This document shows, piece by piece, positions 1 through 9,836 of a DNA stretch of 64,000 nucleotides (positions within the stretch are counted from its first letter, which is position 1; each line of letters starts with the position of its first letter). Origin of the DNA: Candidatus Bathyarchaeota archaeon (lineage in GTDB: Archaea > Thermoproteota > Bathyarchaeia > Bathyarchaeales > Bathycorpusculaceae); NCBI GenBank assembly GCA_963777155.1, contig CAVZPM010000001.1, positions 1-64,000 on the forward strand. The letters run 5' to 3'. Both the position numbers and the translations under genes were made by a program. A model generated the notes under the pieces. The model saw only the letters and a list, made by a program, of their open reading frames with translations, had not been told where the DNA came from and made no database searches.

Positions 1-461
1 GCTTTGGTTGACTTTTTCGTTTCTTTATATGAGGCTGCGCAGTGCATGCAACAGAACGCCATTTCATTACCACCTATGACTTCTCGGTATGCTCCTTCGT
101 AGACTTTGCAGCCACAATGAGCACAAACATACATGCTTGGTTCAATTGCGATTGCAACTAGTTCGGCGAACCGTTTGAAGAGTCCCGTGCAAAGTTCCCT
201 TCCTTCCTCGGTGAGTTCGAAGATTTTGCGCTCTTTCTCACCTACGGGTTTTTGGGTGTGTATTACTAAGCCTTTTTCTTCTAGTTGCTGGAGAAATGGG
301 TAAACTAGGCTTGGACTGACTTCTTTCTTAACTCTTTTTTTGAATTGGTTAATGATGCTATAACCATGGGCTGGTCCTTCGTAGAGTATGGTGAGTATAT
401 AGAAGCGTGAGAAGTCGCTGATTAACTCGTCGATGTTCTGGGATTGGGTTTCTTTTGGCAT
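1..461 (-). CDS. PadR-family transcriptional regulator with C-terminal TRASH-like Cys cluster (runs off the window edge)
   Basis: Not in the ORF track; translated by hand from ATG 461: MPKETQSQNIDELISDFSRFYILTILYEGPAHGYSII...SPSLVYPFLQQLEEKGL...ERKIFELTEEG (PadR wHTH), then CAHCGC...FCCMHCA. Confidence 0.85.
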   Translation of the reverse strand, partial: MPKETQSQNIDELISDFSRFYILTILYEGPAHGYSIINQFKKRVKKEVSPSLVYPFLQQLEEKGLVIHTQKPVGEKERKIFELTEEGRELCTGLFKRFAELVAIAIEPSMYVCAHCGCKVYEGAYREVIGGNEMAFCCMHCAASYKETKKSTK

Positions 462-557
462 TGTTATCCTTAGATTATTGGGTTATTTTGTTGTATTAAA
501 TGTTTATTAGATATATCTCAAAAATACACATACAGCCCACATACATGAAGTGAAAGC

Positions 558-887
558 ATGAAAGTTGTTGTTTTGCAAAACACACCCAAAGAAAAAGACG
601 AATGCTGCTTCAAAACAAAAATTCGACGGCTAATCACCGCAGAAATCGGGGCTCAAAATACTTCGAGACTGTTTGAAATGGATTCTGGAGGCTACAGCCC
701 CCTTCATAAGCATGCTTGGGAACACATTATATACGTCCTGGAAGGAGAAGGCTTAGTTTTTAACGGAGAAAAAACCCAGACCATCAAAACTAGCGACTCT
801 GTGTTCATTGCACCAAACGAGCTGCATCAATTCCATAACAAAGGCCAAAAAACACTAACATTTCTCTGCATAGAACATTCAATTTAG
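558..887 (+). CDS. Cupin domain protein
   Basis: Cupin metal motifs PLHKHAWEHIIYVLEGEG and PNELHQF. Confidence 0.85.
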   Translation: MKVVVLQNTPKEKDECCFKTKIRRLITAEIGAQNTSRLFEMDSGGYSPLHKHAWEHIIYVLEGEGLVFNGEKTQTIKTSDSVFIAPNELHQFHNKGQKTLTFLCIEHSI

Positions 888-976
888 AATAAATCTCCTC
901 CCGTCTTAGGTTCTGTAGCTAAAAATATATGCTAGTTGTTACATCTACAGTTGGGTTCCAAGGGGGTAAAGTTCCT

Positions 977-2359
977 TTGAAATATGACGTTATAATTGTG
1001 GGCGCAGGTCCAGCAGGCATCTTCTCAGCACTAGAGCTAACCGAAAAATCAAACTTAAACGTCCTTATCCTAGACCGAGGACCAGACATCGACAAACGTA
1101 AATGCCCATCCAGCCGAGGCTTTGAATGTGTTCATTGCGAGCCATGTTCAGTTCTTTCCGGTTGGGGTGGAGCAGGCGCTTACAGCGACGGCAAACTCAC
1201 CCTCTCAACGGAAGTTGGTGGCTGGCTCAACCAGTACGTTTCAACCAAAGAACTAGCTGAACTTGTCGCGTATTGTGATAGCATCTACATCAAATTCGGA
1301 GCCAGCGAACAGGTCTTCGGGGGAGAGAACGCAGAAATAGACGAAATCGAAAGAAAAGCATCACTTGCGGGATTAAAGCTTATCAAGCAAGAAGTACGCC
1401 ACATGGGTACAGACAAATGCCTCGAAACCCTGCAACGAATGCGCAAGCACCTCAATGGTAAAATAACTTTCCAACCCAAAACCGAAGTTAAAGGTCTCAT
1501 CGTTAACGACCACACCATTCAAGGTGTCGAAACAGTTAACGGCGAAAAAATCTTGGGCAAATATGTCATCATTGCCCCTGGCAGAAGCGGTGCGGAATGG
1601 CTCCAAACTGAAGCCCAAATTAGAGGCCTAAAGACCTTCAACAACCCAGTTGACATCGGTGTACGTGTGGAACTTCTAGCTTCGATAATGGAAAACCTCA
1701 CAAAAGCTCTCTACGAGCCAAAACTTGTTTACTTCTCAAGGTCCTTTGACGATCAGGTGCGTACCTTTTGTGTATCACCATATGGAGAAGTCACAACTGA
1801 ATCATACGATGGCGTCTTAACTGTCAACGGTGGCAGCCACGCAGAAACAAGAACCGCCAACACCAACTTTGCTATACTCGTTAGCACCCAATTCACTGAA
1901 CCCTTCAAAGAGCCCATTGCATACGGTAAGTACATTGCTAGACTCTCTAACTTGCTCAGCGGCGGTGTTATGGTACAGCGACTAGGCGACCTTGACCATG
2001 GTAGACGTAGCACACCTGAACGCCTTGCCCACAGTGTTCTAACTCCTACACTCAAAAACGCCACTCCAGGAGACTTGAGCTTTGTGTTACCATACCGCTA
2101 CTTAACCGATATACGCGAAATGCTACAGGCACTAGATAAAATTGCGCCAGGAGTAGCTTCACCTGAAACTCTATTGTACGGGGTGGAAGTCAAATTCTAC
2201 AGCTCTCACCTCCAGTTGAACCACGCGTTGGAAACAAAAATCCAGAATATGTTCACCATCGGTGACGGCGCAGGCGTAACCCGCGGTCTTATTCAGGCGT
2301 CAGCTTCAGGAGTCATCGTTGCAAGAGAAATCCTTAAACGCGAAAAACTGAAGGCTTAA
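977..2359 (+). CDS. NAD(P)/FAD-dependent oxidoreductase (COG2509-like)
   Basis: YDVIIVGAGPAG Rossmann motif, GWGGAGAYSDGKL, GDGAGVTRG; TTG start at 977 after GGGGG RBS. Confidence 0.85.
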   Translation: MKYDVIIVGAGPAGIFSALELTEKSNLNVLILDRGPDIDKRKCPSSRGFECVHCEPCSVLSGWGGAGAYSDGKLTLSTEVGGWLNQYVSTKELAELVAYCDSIYIKFGASEQVFGGENAEIDEIERKASLAGLKLIKQEVRHMGTDKCLETLQRMRKHLNGKITFQPKTEVKGLIVNDHTIQGVETVNGEKILGKYVIIAPGRSGAEWLQTEAQIRGLKTFNNPVDIGVRVELLASIMENLTKALYEPKLVYFSRSFDDQVRTFCVSPYGEVTTESYDGVLTVNGGSHAETRTANTNFAILVSTQFTEPFKEPIAYGKYIARLSNLLSGGVMVQRLGDLDHGRRSTPERLAHSVLTPTLKNATPGDLSFVLPYRYLTDIREMLQALDKIAPGVASPETLLYGVEVKFYSSHLQLNHALETKIQNMFTIGDGAGVTRGLIQASASGVIVAREILKREKLKA

Positions 2360-2363
2360 AAAC

Positions 2364-3107
2364 ATGGTTATAGCCCAGAATATACAATGTTCGCATTGCG
2401 GTGCCCCAGTGGAGTTCAAGCCAGGCGAACTGGTTGCCACGTGCAAATATTGTGGTTTTACAACCGTAATTGAGACCGGTCAAGCCTTCACTTTTGATCA
2501 CTCTTTGCTTTTGAATAGTTACTCTGAAGAGCAAGTTGAAAATTTGGTTCGTGATTGGATGCGTTCTGGTTTTATGAAGCCGGGCGATTTAGCGAAGAAA
2601 GCAAAGATAACGGATAAAAGCCTGATTTACTTGCCTTTTTGGATTGTTTCCGCTGAAGCAACTACTAAATACAAGGGGATTTTTGAGCGAATATCGCCTG
2701 CAATTGTTAAGGAAGGTCAGATTCAAAAAGAATACAACTGGCTAGTTCTAGCTCAAGAAGCGTCCAGTTTTCCAACAAGAGAATATGACGTTCCACTAAC
2801 AGGCAAAATTCCCTATGATTTCCGAAAAATTGAGGGTTTTGCAAAACTGCTCAACAGCGAAATGACCCGCGAAGAAGCTTTAGAGCTTGCTAAACAGCAA
2901 ATTGAATCCCTTCACCGCTTTCTTCTTCAACAGGATATTGATAAGATCGTCGATGCTACAACCACGGTTAACTTGAAACAGATGGTTTACTTGCATGCAC
3001 CTGCCTGGTTCATTAAATACGAGTACAAAAGCAACAGTTACCAAATGATAGTTGACGGTGCTACGGGTATGGTTTTGAAAGGCGATATACCCTCTTCTAA
3101 GTTCTGA
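2364..3107 (+). CDS. Zinc-ribbon protein, YdjG-like
   Basis: N-terminal CSHCG...CKYCG, then LIYLPFW, HAPAWFIKY and VDGATG motifs. Confidence 0.6.
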   Translation: MVIAQNIQCSHCGAPVEFKPGELVATCKYCGFTTVIETGQAFTFDHSLLLNSYSEEQVENLVRDWMRSGFMKPGDLAKKAKITDKSLIYLPFWIVSAEATTKYKGIFERISPAIVKEGQIQKEYNWLVLAQEASSFPTREYDVPLTGKIPYDFRKIEGFAKLLNSEMTREEALELAKQQIESLHRFLLQQDIDKIVDATTTVNLKQMVYLHAPAWFIKYEYKSNSYQMIVDGATGMVLKGDIPSSKF

Positions 3108-3176
3108 GTTGCTTTAATAAACTTTAAAAGCAACCCCTTTTTTATAACGAATTACAAATATTGGAGGATTTAGGAA

Positions 3177-3716
3177 ATGAGTGAAAATAAAGATGTATAT
3201 GCACAAGCAAAAAGCCAAATGAGGCTTTCAGAACGCATTGCAGCGGCGTTACCGGGGTTCCGGGGATACAAAGAAAAGGAACTTCGCCGCGAATCAGACA
3301 AGCTGATTAGAAATAATTTAACTCTCAAACTCTCCAAAGATAAAGATAACGTCCGAGGCATCGCCCAGAGAATCGCAGATAAACGTTATCTGGATGTTTT
3401 ACCCGATATTGACAGATTAACAGCCAAAATGGATCGCATAACCGAGAAAGTAAACCATGCTTCATACGGCTACTCGGGTTTCTTCGACATAGTTAAAATA
3501 AAGGAAGAAAACCTTGACCGAATGATAACCTTCGATAACCAGCTCCTCGAGGAAGTTGATGCTTTAACCGCAAGCATAGACGACTTAAAGGCGCAATTAT
3601 TAAGCGGAAACTACTCAAACCTTAAAGACAAAATCCAAACTATAGCAGACAAGTTTGAATTGCTCGAGGACACCTTCGATAAAAGAGGACAAGTAATCTT
3701 AGGAGTGACACAATAA
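3177..3716 (+). CDS. Conserved helical hypothetical protein
   Basis: GGAGG RBS; LPGFRGYKEKELRRESDKLIR motif; charged amphipathic helices; TAATG overlap with the next gene. Confidence 0.7.
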   Translation: MSENKDVYAQAKSQMRLSERIAAALPGFRGYKEKELRRESDKLIRNNLTLKLSKDKDNVRGIAQRIADKRYLDVLPDIDRLTAKMDRITEKVNHASYGYSGFFDIVKIKEENLDRMITFDNQLLEEVDALTASIDDLKAQLLSGNYSNLKDKIQTIADKFELLEDTFDKRGQVILGVTQ

Positions 3717-4693
3717 TGCCACAAATAATAGAATGGACAAACGTGGGCGCAGACGCCATAGTCTGGCGGTACCCAAGCGAAGATATCACATGGGGCGCCC
3801 AGTTAGTTGTGCACGAATACGAGATGGCTGTGTTTTTCCGAGACGGTAAAGCCTATGATGTATTCGGCGCGGGCAGACATACCCTAACAACTCTAAACCT
3901 ACCCATACTGACAAGCCTGCTTACCCGTTTAGCAGGCTTTGGCGGAAACAAACCCTTCAAAGCAACCGTCTTATTCATCAGCACCAAAGTCTTCGCTGGT
4001 AAATGGGGTACGAAAGCGCAAACGACCGAACTCGCGCCACTGCAGACCTATGGTCAGTTCTGGTTTAAGGTTGGAGACGCATCACTATTCGTTAACGAGG
4101 TAGTTGGTGGACAAAACGCCTACGATACCGCTTCAGTAAATGATTTTCTGCGTGGCTTCCTAAACGAGAAAATAATCGATGAACTCAGTCACTATGACCT
4201 TATTACCGTATTCACACGTCTAGACGAAACATCTGTAATAGTTAAAACCAGCTTGATAGACTACTTCAAACGTGTTGGCATTGAATTAACTGATCTACGC
4301 TTCGAAGGCATCGATACTACACCTGAATACAGAGAACGACTCTTTTGGCTTAAAACTGGACAAACAGCACCTGGAGATGTCTTGCGCATGGAGACTGTTA
4401 AAAGTGCAGCAGCGAGTCTAGGTCAAGGAGGAGGCTCAGGAGCCCTCGGAGCGGGAATGGTTCTTATCCCACAAGTCATGAATCAGCAAGGAGCACCACA
4501 AGCAGCTCCTGCCGCAGCCCTAGTTATCTGCCCTAAATGCGGAGAAAAAGTTCCAGCTACCAGCAAATTCTGCCCCAACTGCGGAACCAACCTCACCCCG
4601 CCAAGCCAACAAGCAATGACCTGCCCTAACTGCGGCAAATCTATACCTGCTAACAGCAAGTTCTGTCCTGAATGCGGATTCAAAATTGGTTAG
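3716..4693 (+). CDS. SPFH/band-7 (YdjI-like) protein with C-terminal double zinc ribbon
   Basis: IVWRYP..I..GAQLVVHEYEMAVFFRDGK..D.FGAGRHTL.T.NLPIL; four CPxCG motifs at the C-terminus. Confidence 0.85.
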   Translation: MPQIIEWTNVGADAIVWRYPSEDITWGAQLVVHEYEMAVFFRDGKAYDVFGAGRHTLTTLNLPILTSLLTRLAGFGGNKPFKATVLFISTKVFAGKWGTKAQTTELAPLQTYGQFWFKVGDASLFVNEVVGGQNAYDTASVNDFLRGFLNEKIIDELSHYDLITVFTRLDETSVIVKTSLIDYFKRVGIELTDLRFEGIDTTPEYRERLFWLKTGQTAPGDVLRMETVKSAAASLGQGGGSGALGAGMVLIPQVMNQQGAPQAAPAAALVICPKCGEKVPATSKFCPNCGTNLTPPSQQAMTCPNCGKSIPANSKFCPECGFKIG

Positions 4694-4704
4694 GAGAACG
4701 GCAG

Positions 4705-5042
4705 ATGAGCAATAGCGACCGTCAACTGTTAAGTTTCGGCGTTTTCCTCATCATCATTATTGTAGGAATACTTTTAGTTCTTACAAGAGTCATCAGTTGG
4801 GGGCTGTTTATTCCAGTAGTTCTGGTACTCATAGGATGCGGCGCGCTAGCTTTGACGGGCTTACGAGCTGGCAAACCACAAAAGTATGAACGTGAGCCTT
4901 TAGCACAATGGCTGCCGGATTTGGCTTAATCGCTGTTGGTGTAGCTTGGTACTTGTTTAGCTTTGACTGGCTTTACTCGCTCATAGTAATCCTGCTGGTA
5001 ATCGCAGCTTTAGCTATTGCAGCTGGACTAAAACGAAAATAA
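4705..5042 (+). CDS. Four-helix membrane protein (one-base frameshift near 4894)
   Basis: MSNSDRQLLSFGVFLIII...KYER continues in another frame as AFSTMAAGFGLIAVGVAWYLFSFDWLYSLIVILLVIAALAIAAGLKRK*. Confidence 0.65.
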
Positions 5043-5116
5043 TCCTCCGAGCCTTATTTTGGCTCTAAACGTTTTTTTATTTCATCGTATAGTCAATGTT
5101 GCAGAAGGTAGCAGGC

Positions 5117-6718
5117 ATGAGCGAAGAAACTATTGGCCATGGCACATGGTACGACATGATGGCCAAGAAAGTTATCGAAAGAGAACAATCCCTAAATAGG
5201 GATATGAGCAGAATCCGTACTGAGATGGGACTAGGCGCCTCAGGATTCCCACACATCGGCAGCCTAGGCGATGCATCGCGCAGTTATGCAGTAACATTGG
5301 CGCTTAAGAACCTGAACTGCAATTCAGAACTCGTTGCTTTCTGCGACGATAAAGACGGTTTACGCAAGGTACCAGCAGGGCTTTCTAAGGACATGGAAAA
5401 ATACCTTGGATACTCTGTCTCAAGTATTCCTGATCCGTTTGGGTGCCATGAAAGCTACGGTAAACACATGAGTTCGCTGCTGCTGGATGCCCTAGATAAA
5501 TGCGGAATAGAATACAAGTACTACTCAGCCAAAGAAGTGTACGAAAAAGGTTTACTTCTCGATGAAATTCGAACTATTCTTAGAAACGCTAAGAAAGTCG
5601 GCGAAATAGTTAAAGAAGAAGTAGGTCAAGAAACCTACACTGAAGTTCTGCCCTTTTTTGCCGTCTGTGAGAAATGTGGTCACCTCTATACAACCAGAGC
5701 TTACAAGTTCGACCCCAAAACTGACAAGGTTTCCTACAAATGTGAAGGGCTTGAAATTAGGGGGAAAATGATTGCAGGCTGCGGTCACGAAGGCGAAGTG
5801 GATATAAAAAGCGGTCAGGGCAAACTCACCTGGAAAAGCGAATTTGCTGCGCGTTGGAAAGCCCTGGACATTAGGTTTGAAGCTTACGGCAAAGACATCG
5901 CTGACTCTGTAATCATAAACGATCGCATTTGCCGTGAAGTACTATGTTTTGAGCCACCATCACATGCAAAGTACGAAATGTTCCTTGATAAGGGCGGCAA
6001 GAAAATTTCTAAGTCAGCAGGCAACGTCTTCACACCCCAAGTATGGTTCAATTACGGTTCTCCACAATCGCTGCTTTTGCTCATGTTAAAGCGATTCGTG
6101 GGCACACGTACCTTAGATGTCTCCGACATTCCAGCATACATGAACGAGATTGACTCCTTGGAGGATGTTTACTTTGGCAAAAAGCAGGTCAGTGAGAAGG
6201 AAGCAACTAAACTCAAAGGCTTATACCTGTACTGCCACGTCATGAAGCCGCCAGCAAAACCCAGCATTCACGTGCCATATAACTTGATGGCGTTCCTCGT
6301 GAAAATGGCTCCTAAAGAATGCCTAAATGAGTATGTCACAGAGAAACTCCAAAGTTATGGCTACCTGCAAAAAAATCAACCTTTAGACGAGCGTTTGATG
6401 CAGCGCATGGAGTACGTCCTGAACTGGACCCGTGACTTCGAAGAAATTAAAGAAACCGCCATCGAATTGACCATTGAAGAAAAGAAAGCCCTTACTGAAC
6501 TTATCGTCAAGCTACAGATAGAGGATGACCCAGACAAAATCCAAAACATCATCTTCAACGCTTCCAAAGACAATGGCATAAAACCAGGCGCTTTCTTTAA
6601 GGTGCTCTATCAGGTTTTGATAGGTGCACCGCAAGGTCCACGCCTTGGTCCATATGTGCTTGCAATGGGAAAACAAAACGTCATCGCCGCAATACAAAGG
6701 GTACTTAGTAAGAGTTAG
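5117..6718 (+). CDS. lysS: Lysine--tRNA ligase, class I
   Basis: SGFPHIGS (HIGH), KISKSAGN (KMSKS), GPRLG anticodon-domain motif. Confidence 0.95.
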   Translation: MSEETIGHGTWYDMMAKKVIEREQSLNRDMSRIRTEMGLGASGFPHIGSLGDASRSYAVTLALKNLNCNSELVAFCDDKDGLRKVPAGLSKDMEKYLGYSVSSIPDPFGCHESYGKHMSSLLLDALDKCGIEYKYYSAKEVYEKGLLLDEIRTILRNAKKVGEIVKEEVGQETYTEVLPFFAVCEKCGHLYTTRAYKFDPKTDKVSYKCEGLEIRGKMIAGCGHEGEVDIKSGQGKLTWKSEFAARWKALDIRFEAYGKDIADSVIINDRICREVLCFEPPSHAKYEMFLDKGGKKISKSAGNVFTPQVWFNYGSPQSLLLLMLKRFVGTRTLDVSDIPAYMNEIDSLEDVYFGKKQVSEKEATKLKGLYLYCHVMKPPAKPSIHVPYNLMAFLVKMAPKECLNEYVTEKLQSYGYLQKNQPLDERLMQRMEYVLNWTRDFEEIKETAIELTIEEKKALTELIVKLQIEDDPDKIQNIIFNASKDNGIKPGAFFKVLYQVLIGAPQGPRLGPYVLAMGKQNVIAAIQRVLSKS

Positions 6719-6865
6719 ATAATTTCCCCAGTTTTCGTTTGTTTTTGTAGCAGGCAAAAACCTTTGCTTATCTTACTTGACAATTATTACCCGAGCCGTA
6801 ACAACTTACCTTGTTTTATTCGAAAATTCTTCTCCATGAAATTTGCTTAAAAAAGTATCTAATGT

Positions 6866-6880
6866 CGAAACTATTATAAA
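6866..6880 (+). promoter_or_regulatory. BRE/TATA promoter of the large surface-protein gene
   Basis: CGAAACTA followed by TTATAAA (6874-6880), about 105 nt upstream of the GTG start. Confidence 0.55.
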
Positions 6881-6985
6881 TTGTAACAACCATATCAGCA
6901 AGCTAATTGGGCAAGGGTTCGAACATTCAAAATGCAAGAGTATTTCTACCTTTGTTCAATTAAAAAAATAGGAGAAAAAGAAAAA

Positions 6986-9577
6986 GTGCAAAAACTAGAA
7001 AGAAAAACATTGGCTACTCTAATTGTAGCAATCTTAACAATTTCAATGACAGCTTCAATTGTACTATTGCCACAAGCTAGTGCACATACACCACCTTGGC
7101 AAATACCAACGTATATGTATGTTAGCATCGCACCAAACCCAATCGGTGTCGGACAAACCGTCAACGTCAACTTCTGGTGTAACGCACCACCACCAACCGC
7201 AAGCGCACAATATGGTGACAGATGGACAAACTTAACAGTAGTCGTCACTAAACCTGATGGAAGCACACAAAAATTAGGTCCATTCAAATCTGACGCAACT
7301 GGAGGCACAGTCACCACGTATACACCTGACACAATCGGTAACTACACCTTCCAAAGCTTCTTTGGAGGCGAAGTACTACCCGGACTAAACAACCCAACAC
7401 CCGGAATTTCAAGCAACGCATTCGTTAACGATACCTTCTTACCTAGCTCCAGCAGCAAATTTACTCTAATAGTGCAACAAGACCCAATACCCTACGAGCC
7501 AAATGCAGCACTACCAACAAACTATTGGACTCGCCCAATCTACGGTGAGAACAACGCTTGGTACACAATAGCCGGCAACTGGCTTGGTCTAGCACAATCA
7601 ACCTTTGCAGCAACTGGAATGTACAACCCAATGGCAAACTACAACCCTTACACAACGGCACCAAACACTGCTCACTTACTCTGGACAAAACCAGTAGCCT
7701 TCGGCGGCATAATCGGAGGCGAATTCGGCGGAAGTGAAACTGGCAACTACTACTCTACGTCTCAATATGAACCAAAATTCGCTCCAATTATCATCCAAGG
7801 TATCCTGTACTACTCCCTCTATCCTGGAGCCTCAACATATCCTCAAGGATGGACCGCAGTGGACCTACATACTGGACAAACACTTTGGACCAAGAACATA
7901 AACACCGAAGTTCTAAGATGCGGGCAAATACTTCAAATGATTACACCTAACCAGTACGGCGCTCTCGCATACCTCTGGACTATCCCAGTAGCAGCAGCAG
8001 GCTACCAAGCAGCAGGAAATTACATGTCCATGTACGATGCAATGACAGGTAACTACATACTAACTATCAAAAATACACCCTCAATGCAACTCACTGAAGA
8101 TGAACGCGGAAACTTGATAGGCTACTATGTCAACACCACCGGGACTCAACGGTCGCTTTCCGTTTGGAACTCTACTCGGTGCATTAACTTAGTGGGAGCC
8201 AACTATGGCGGTGGAGCACCTGTTGCAGATCAATGGATGTGGAGACCTCCATACAACACAACAATCGACTTCCAATTGGGAGTACAAGCATCATATCCCA
8301 TAGTAAACACAATTGACAGTGCACCTATCTCACTAGGGCTATCCTCTATTACAGACGGAGTAGCGCTGATGACACAAGCTAGCATTGCAGGAAGTTCCTT
8401 CTTCCAGAACGGATGGATAATTGAAGCAGGCTACGACCTAAAAACAGGACAAAAGCTGTGGGGACCACTAAACCGCACAGAAGTAGTGGATTCAAGAGTA
8501 ATCTATGGCTCAACAACAGCTGGAAATGGCATTTGGGTAGAATTCGACGCTGCAGCACTAACAGCAACTGGGTACAACCTCCGCACAGGCGAAAAAGTGT
8601 GGGGACCGAAACCACTTCCAAACGTTAGTCCATACTCATCACTTGGCCAGAACAACGTTGTCGCCGACGGAATAATCTACGACTGGACCTATGGCGGAGA
8701 CGTCTACGCTATTGAATTGGCAACAGGAAACTTCCTCTGGGAATATCACACACCCACAGGCGGTTATGAATCACCCTACGGAATAGAACCCCTCTGGACT
8801 TTTTCCGTTGGAACAGTCGCTGATGGCAAACTATTCCTTCCAGAAGGTCACATGTACAGTCCACCACTATTCCACCAAGCACAACAATTAGCTTTGAACA
8901 TCACTGACGGAAAGGTCGTTTGGAGTATTGATGCTTTCGATGTTACCAGCGCACCAGCTATCGCAGACGGCATTATGACAACTCTAAATGCTTACGACAA
9001 CCAGATCTATACATGGGGCAAAGGCCCAACAGCTATGACTGTTACTGCTCCAGACGTCGGAGTTACAACTGCTACTCCAATAACCATCAGAGGTACAATT
9101 ATCGACAAATCTGCAGGTACACAGCAACAAGCTCAAGCCGCAAACTTCCCATACGGTGTTCCAGCTGTTTCCGATGATAGCCAGACTGCATGGATGGAGT
9201 ATGTCTATATGCAACAGCCATGCCCAACCAACGCAACCGGAGTTCCAGTTAGCATCAATGTTCTTGACTCCAACGGCAACTACAGACAAATCGGCAGCAC
9301 AACAAGCGATGCAAGCGGCATGTTTACATTCACATGGACACCTGATATATCAGGCGAGTACACGGTCACTGCTATCTTCGCAGGCTCAGAATCATACTAC
9401 TTCTCTTCAGCAGAAACATCCTTCTTTGCAAGTGACGCACCAACAGCGACCCCAGCACCTACACAGGCACCACAATCAATGGCTGACCAATACTTCGTTC
9501 CAGCAATCGCAGGTTTATTCGTAGCCATAGTAGTCGTTGGTCTATTGATCATCTTGGTCCTTAGAAAACGACCATAA
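6986..9577 (+). CDS. Secreted, C-terminally anchored PQQ-like beta-propeller surface protein with Ig-like domains
   Basis: GGAG RBS, signal peptide, repeated (T)G...W propeller blades, two TPD..G.YT Ig-like segments, Pro/Thr linker, TM helix and RKRP tail. Confidence 0.8.
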   Translation: MQKLERKTLATLIVAILTISMTASIVLLPQASAHTPPWQIPTYMYVSIAPNPIGVGQTVNVNFWCNAPPPTASAQYGDRWTNLTVVVTKPDGSTQKLGPFKSDATGGTVTTYTPDTIGNYTFQSFFGGEVLPGLNNPTPGISSNAFVNDTFLPSSSSKFTLIVQQDPIPYEPNAALPTNYWTRPIYGENNAWYTIAGNWLGLAQSTFAATGMYNPMANYNPYTTAPNTAHLLWTKPVAFGGIIGGEFGGSETGNYYSTSQYEPKFAPIIIQGILYYSLYPGASTYPQGWTAVDLHTGQTLWTKNINTEVLRCGQILQMITPNQYGALAYLWTIPVAAAGYQAAGNYMSMYDAMTGNYILTIKNTPSMQLTEDERGNLIGYYVNTTGTQRSLSVWNSTRCINLVGANYGGGAPVADQWMWRPPYNTTIDFQLGVQASYPIVNTIDSAPISLGLSSITDGVALMTQASIAGSSFFQNGWIIEAGYDLKTGQKLWGPLNRTEVVDSRVIYGSTTAGNGIWVEFDAAALTATGYNLRTGEKVWGPKPLPNVSPYSSLGQNNVVADGIIYDWTYGGDVYAIELATGNFLWEYHTPTGGYESPYGIEPLWTFSVGTVADGKLFLPEGHMYSPPLFHQAQQLALNITDGKVVWSIDAFDVTSAPAIADGIMTTLNAYDNQIYTWGKGPTAMTVTAPDVGVTTATPITIRGTIIDKSAGTQQQAQAANFPYGVPAVSDDSQTAWMEYVYMQQPCPTNATGVPVSINVLDSNGNYRQIGSTTSDASGMFTFTWTPDISGEYTVTAIFAGSESYYFSSAETSFFASDAPTATPAPTQAPQSMADQYFVPAIAGLFVAIVVVGLLIILVLRKRP

Positions 9578-9603
9578 AAACTACCAACAAACAAAACAAA
9601 CAT

Positions 9604-9620
9604 CCCTTCTTCTTTTTTTG
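9604..9620 (+). terminator. Oligo-T terminator
   Basis: CCCTTCTTCTTTTTTT shortly after the stop codon. Confidence 0.5.
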
Positions 9621-9757
9621 AATTTTATAACTAAGAAAAATTGAATAGATTTTCAGGGTTCTTTCAGGTTACTGTTTTGCGCTTCAAAAGCGTACCAAAT
9701 ATTTTTTGTTTGACATTAGCGTTTATATTGTTCGAGTGGGGAGTAATCTCCTCGAAA

Positions 9758-9836
9758 GGGCTCGTCGTCTAGTACGGATTAGGGCACCGGCCTGCGGAGC
9801 CGGACGTCAGGGGTTCAAATCCCCTCGGGCCCGCCA
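9758..9836 (+). tRNA. tRNA-Arg(GCG), intronless, CCA encoded
   Basis: Acceptor GGGCTCG/CGGGCCC, anticodon arm CCGGC-CTGCGGA-GCCGG, T arm AGGGG-TTCAAAT-CCCCT; TATA TTTATAT at 9722. Confidence 0.95.

Noticed and set aside
9731-9756. Inverted repeat TTCGAG...CTCGAA upstream of the tRNA
   Set aside because: It straddles the predicted TSS, so it is not fully transcribed, and the short arms could be chance.
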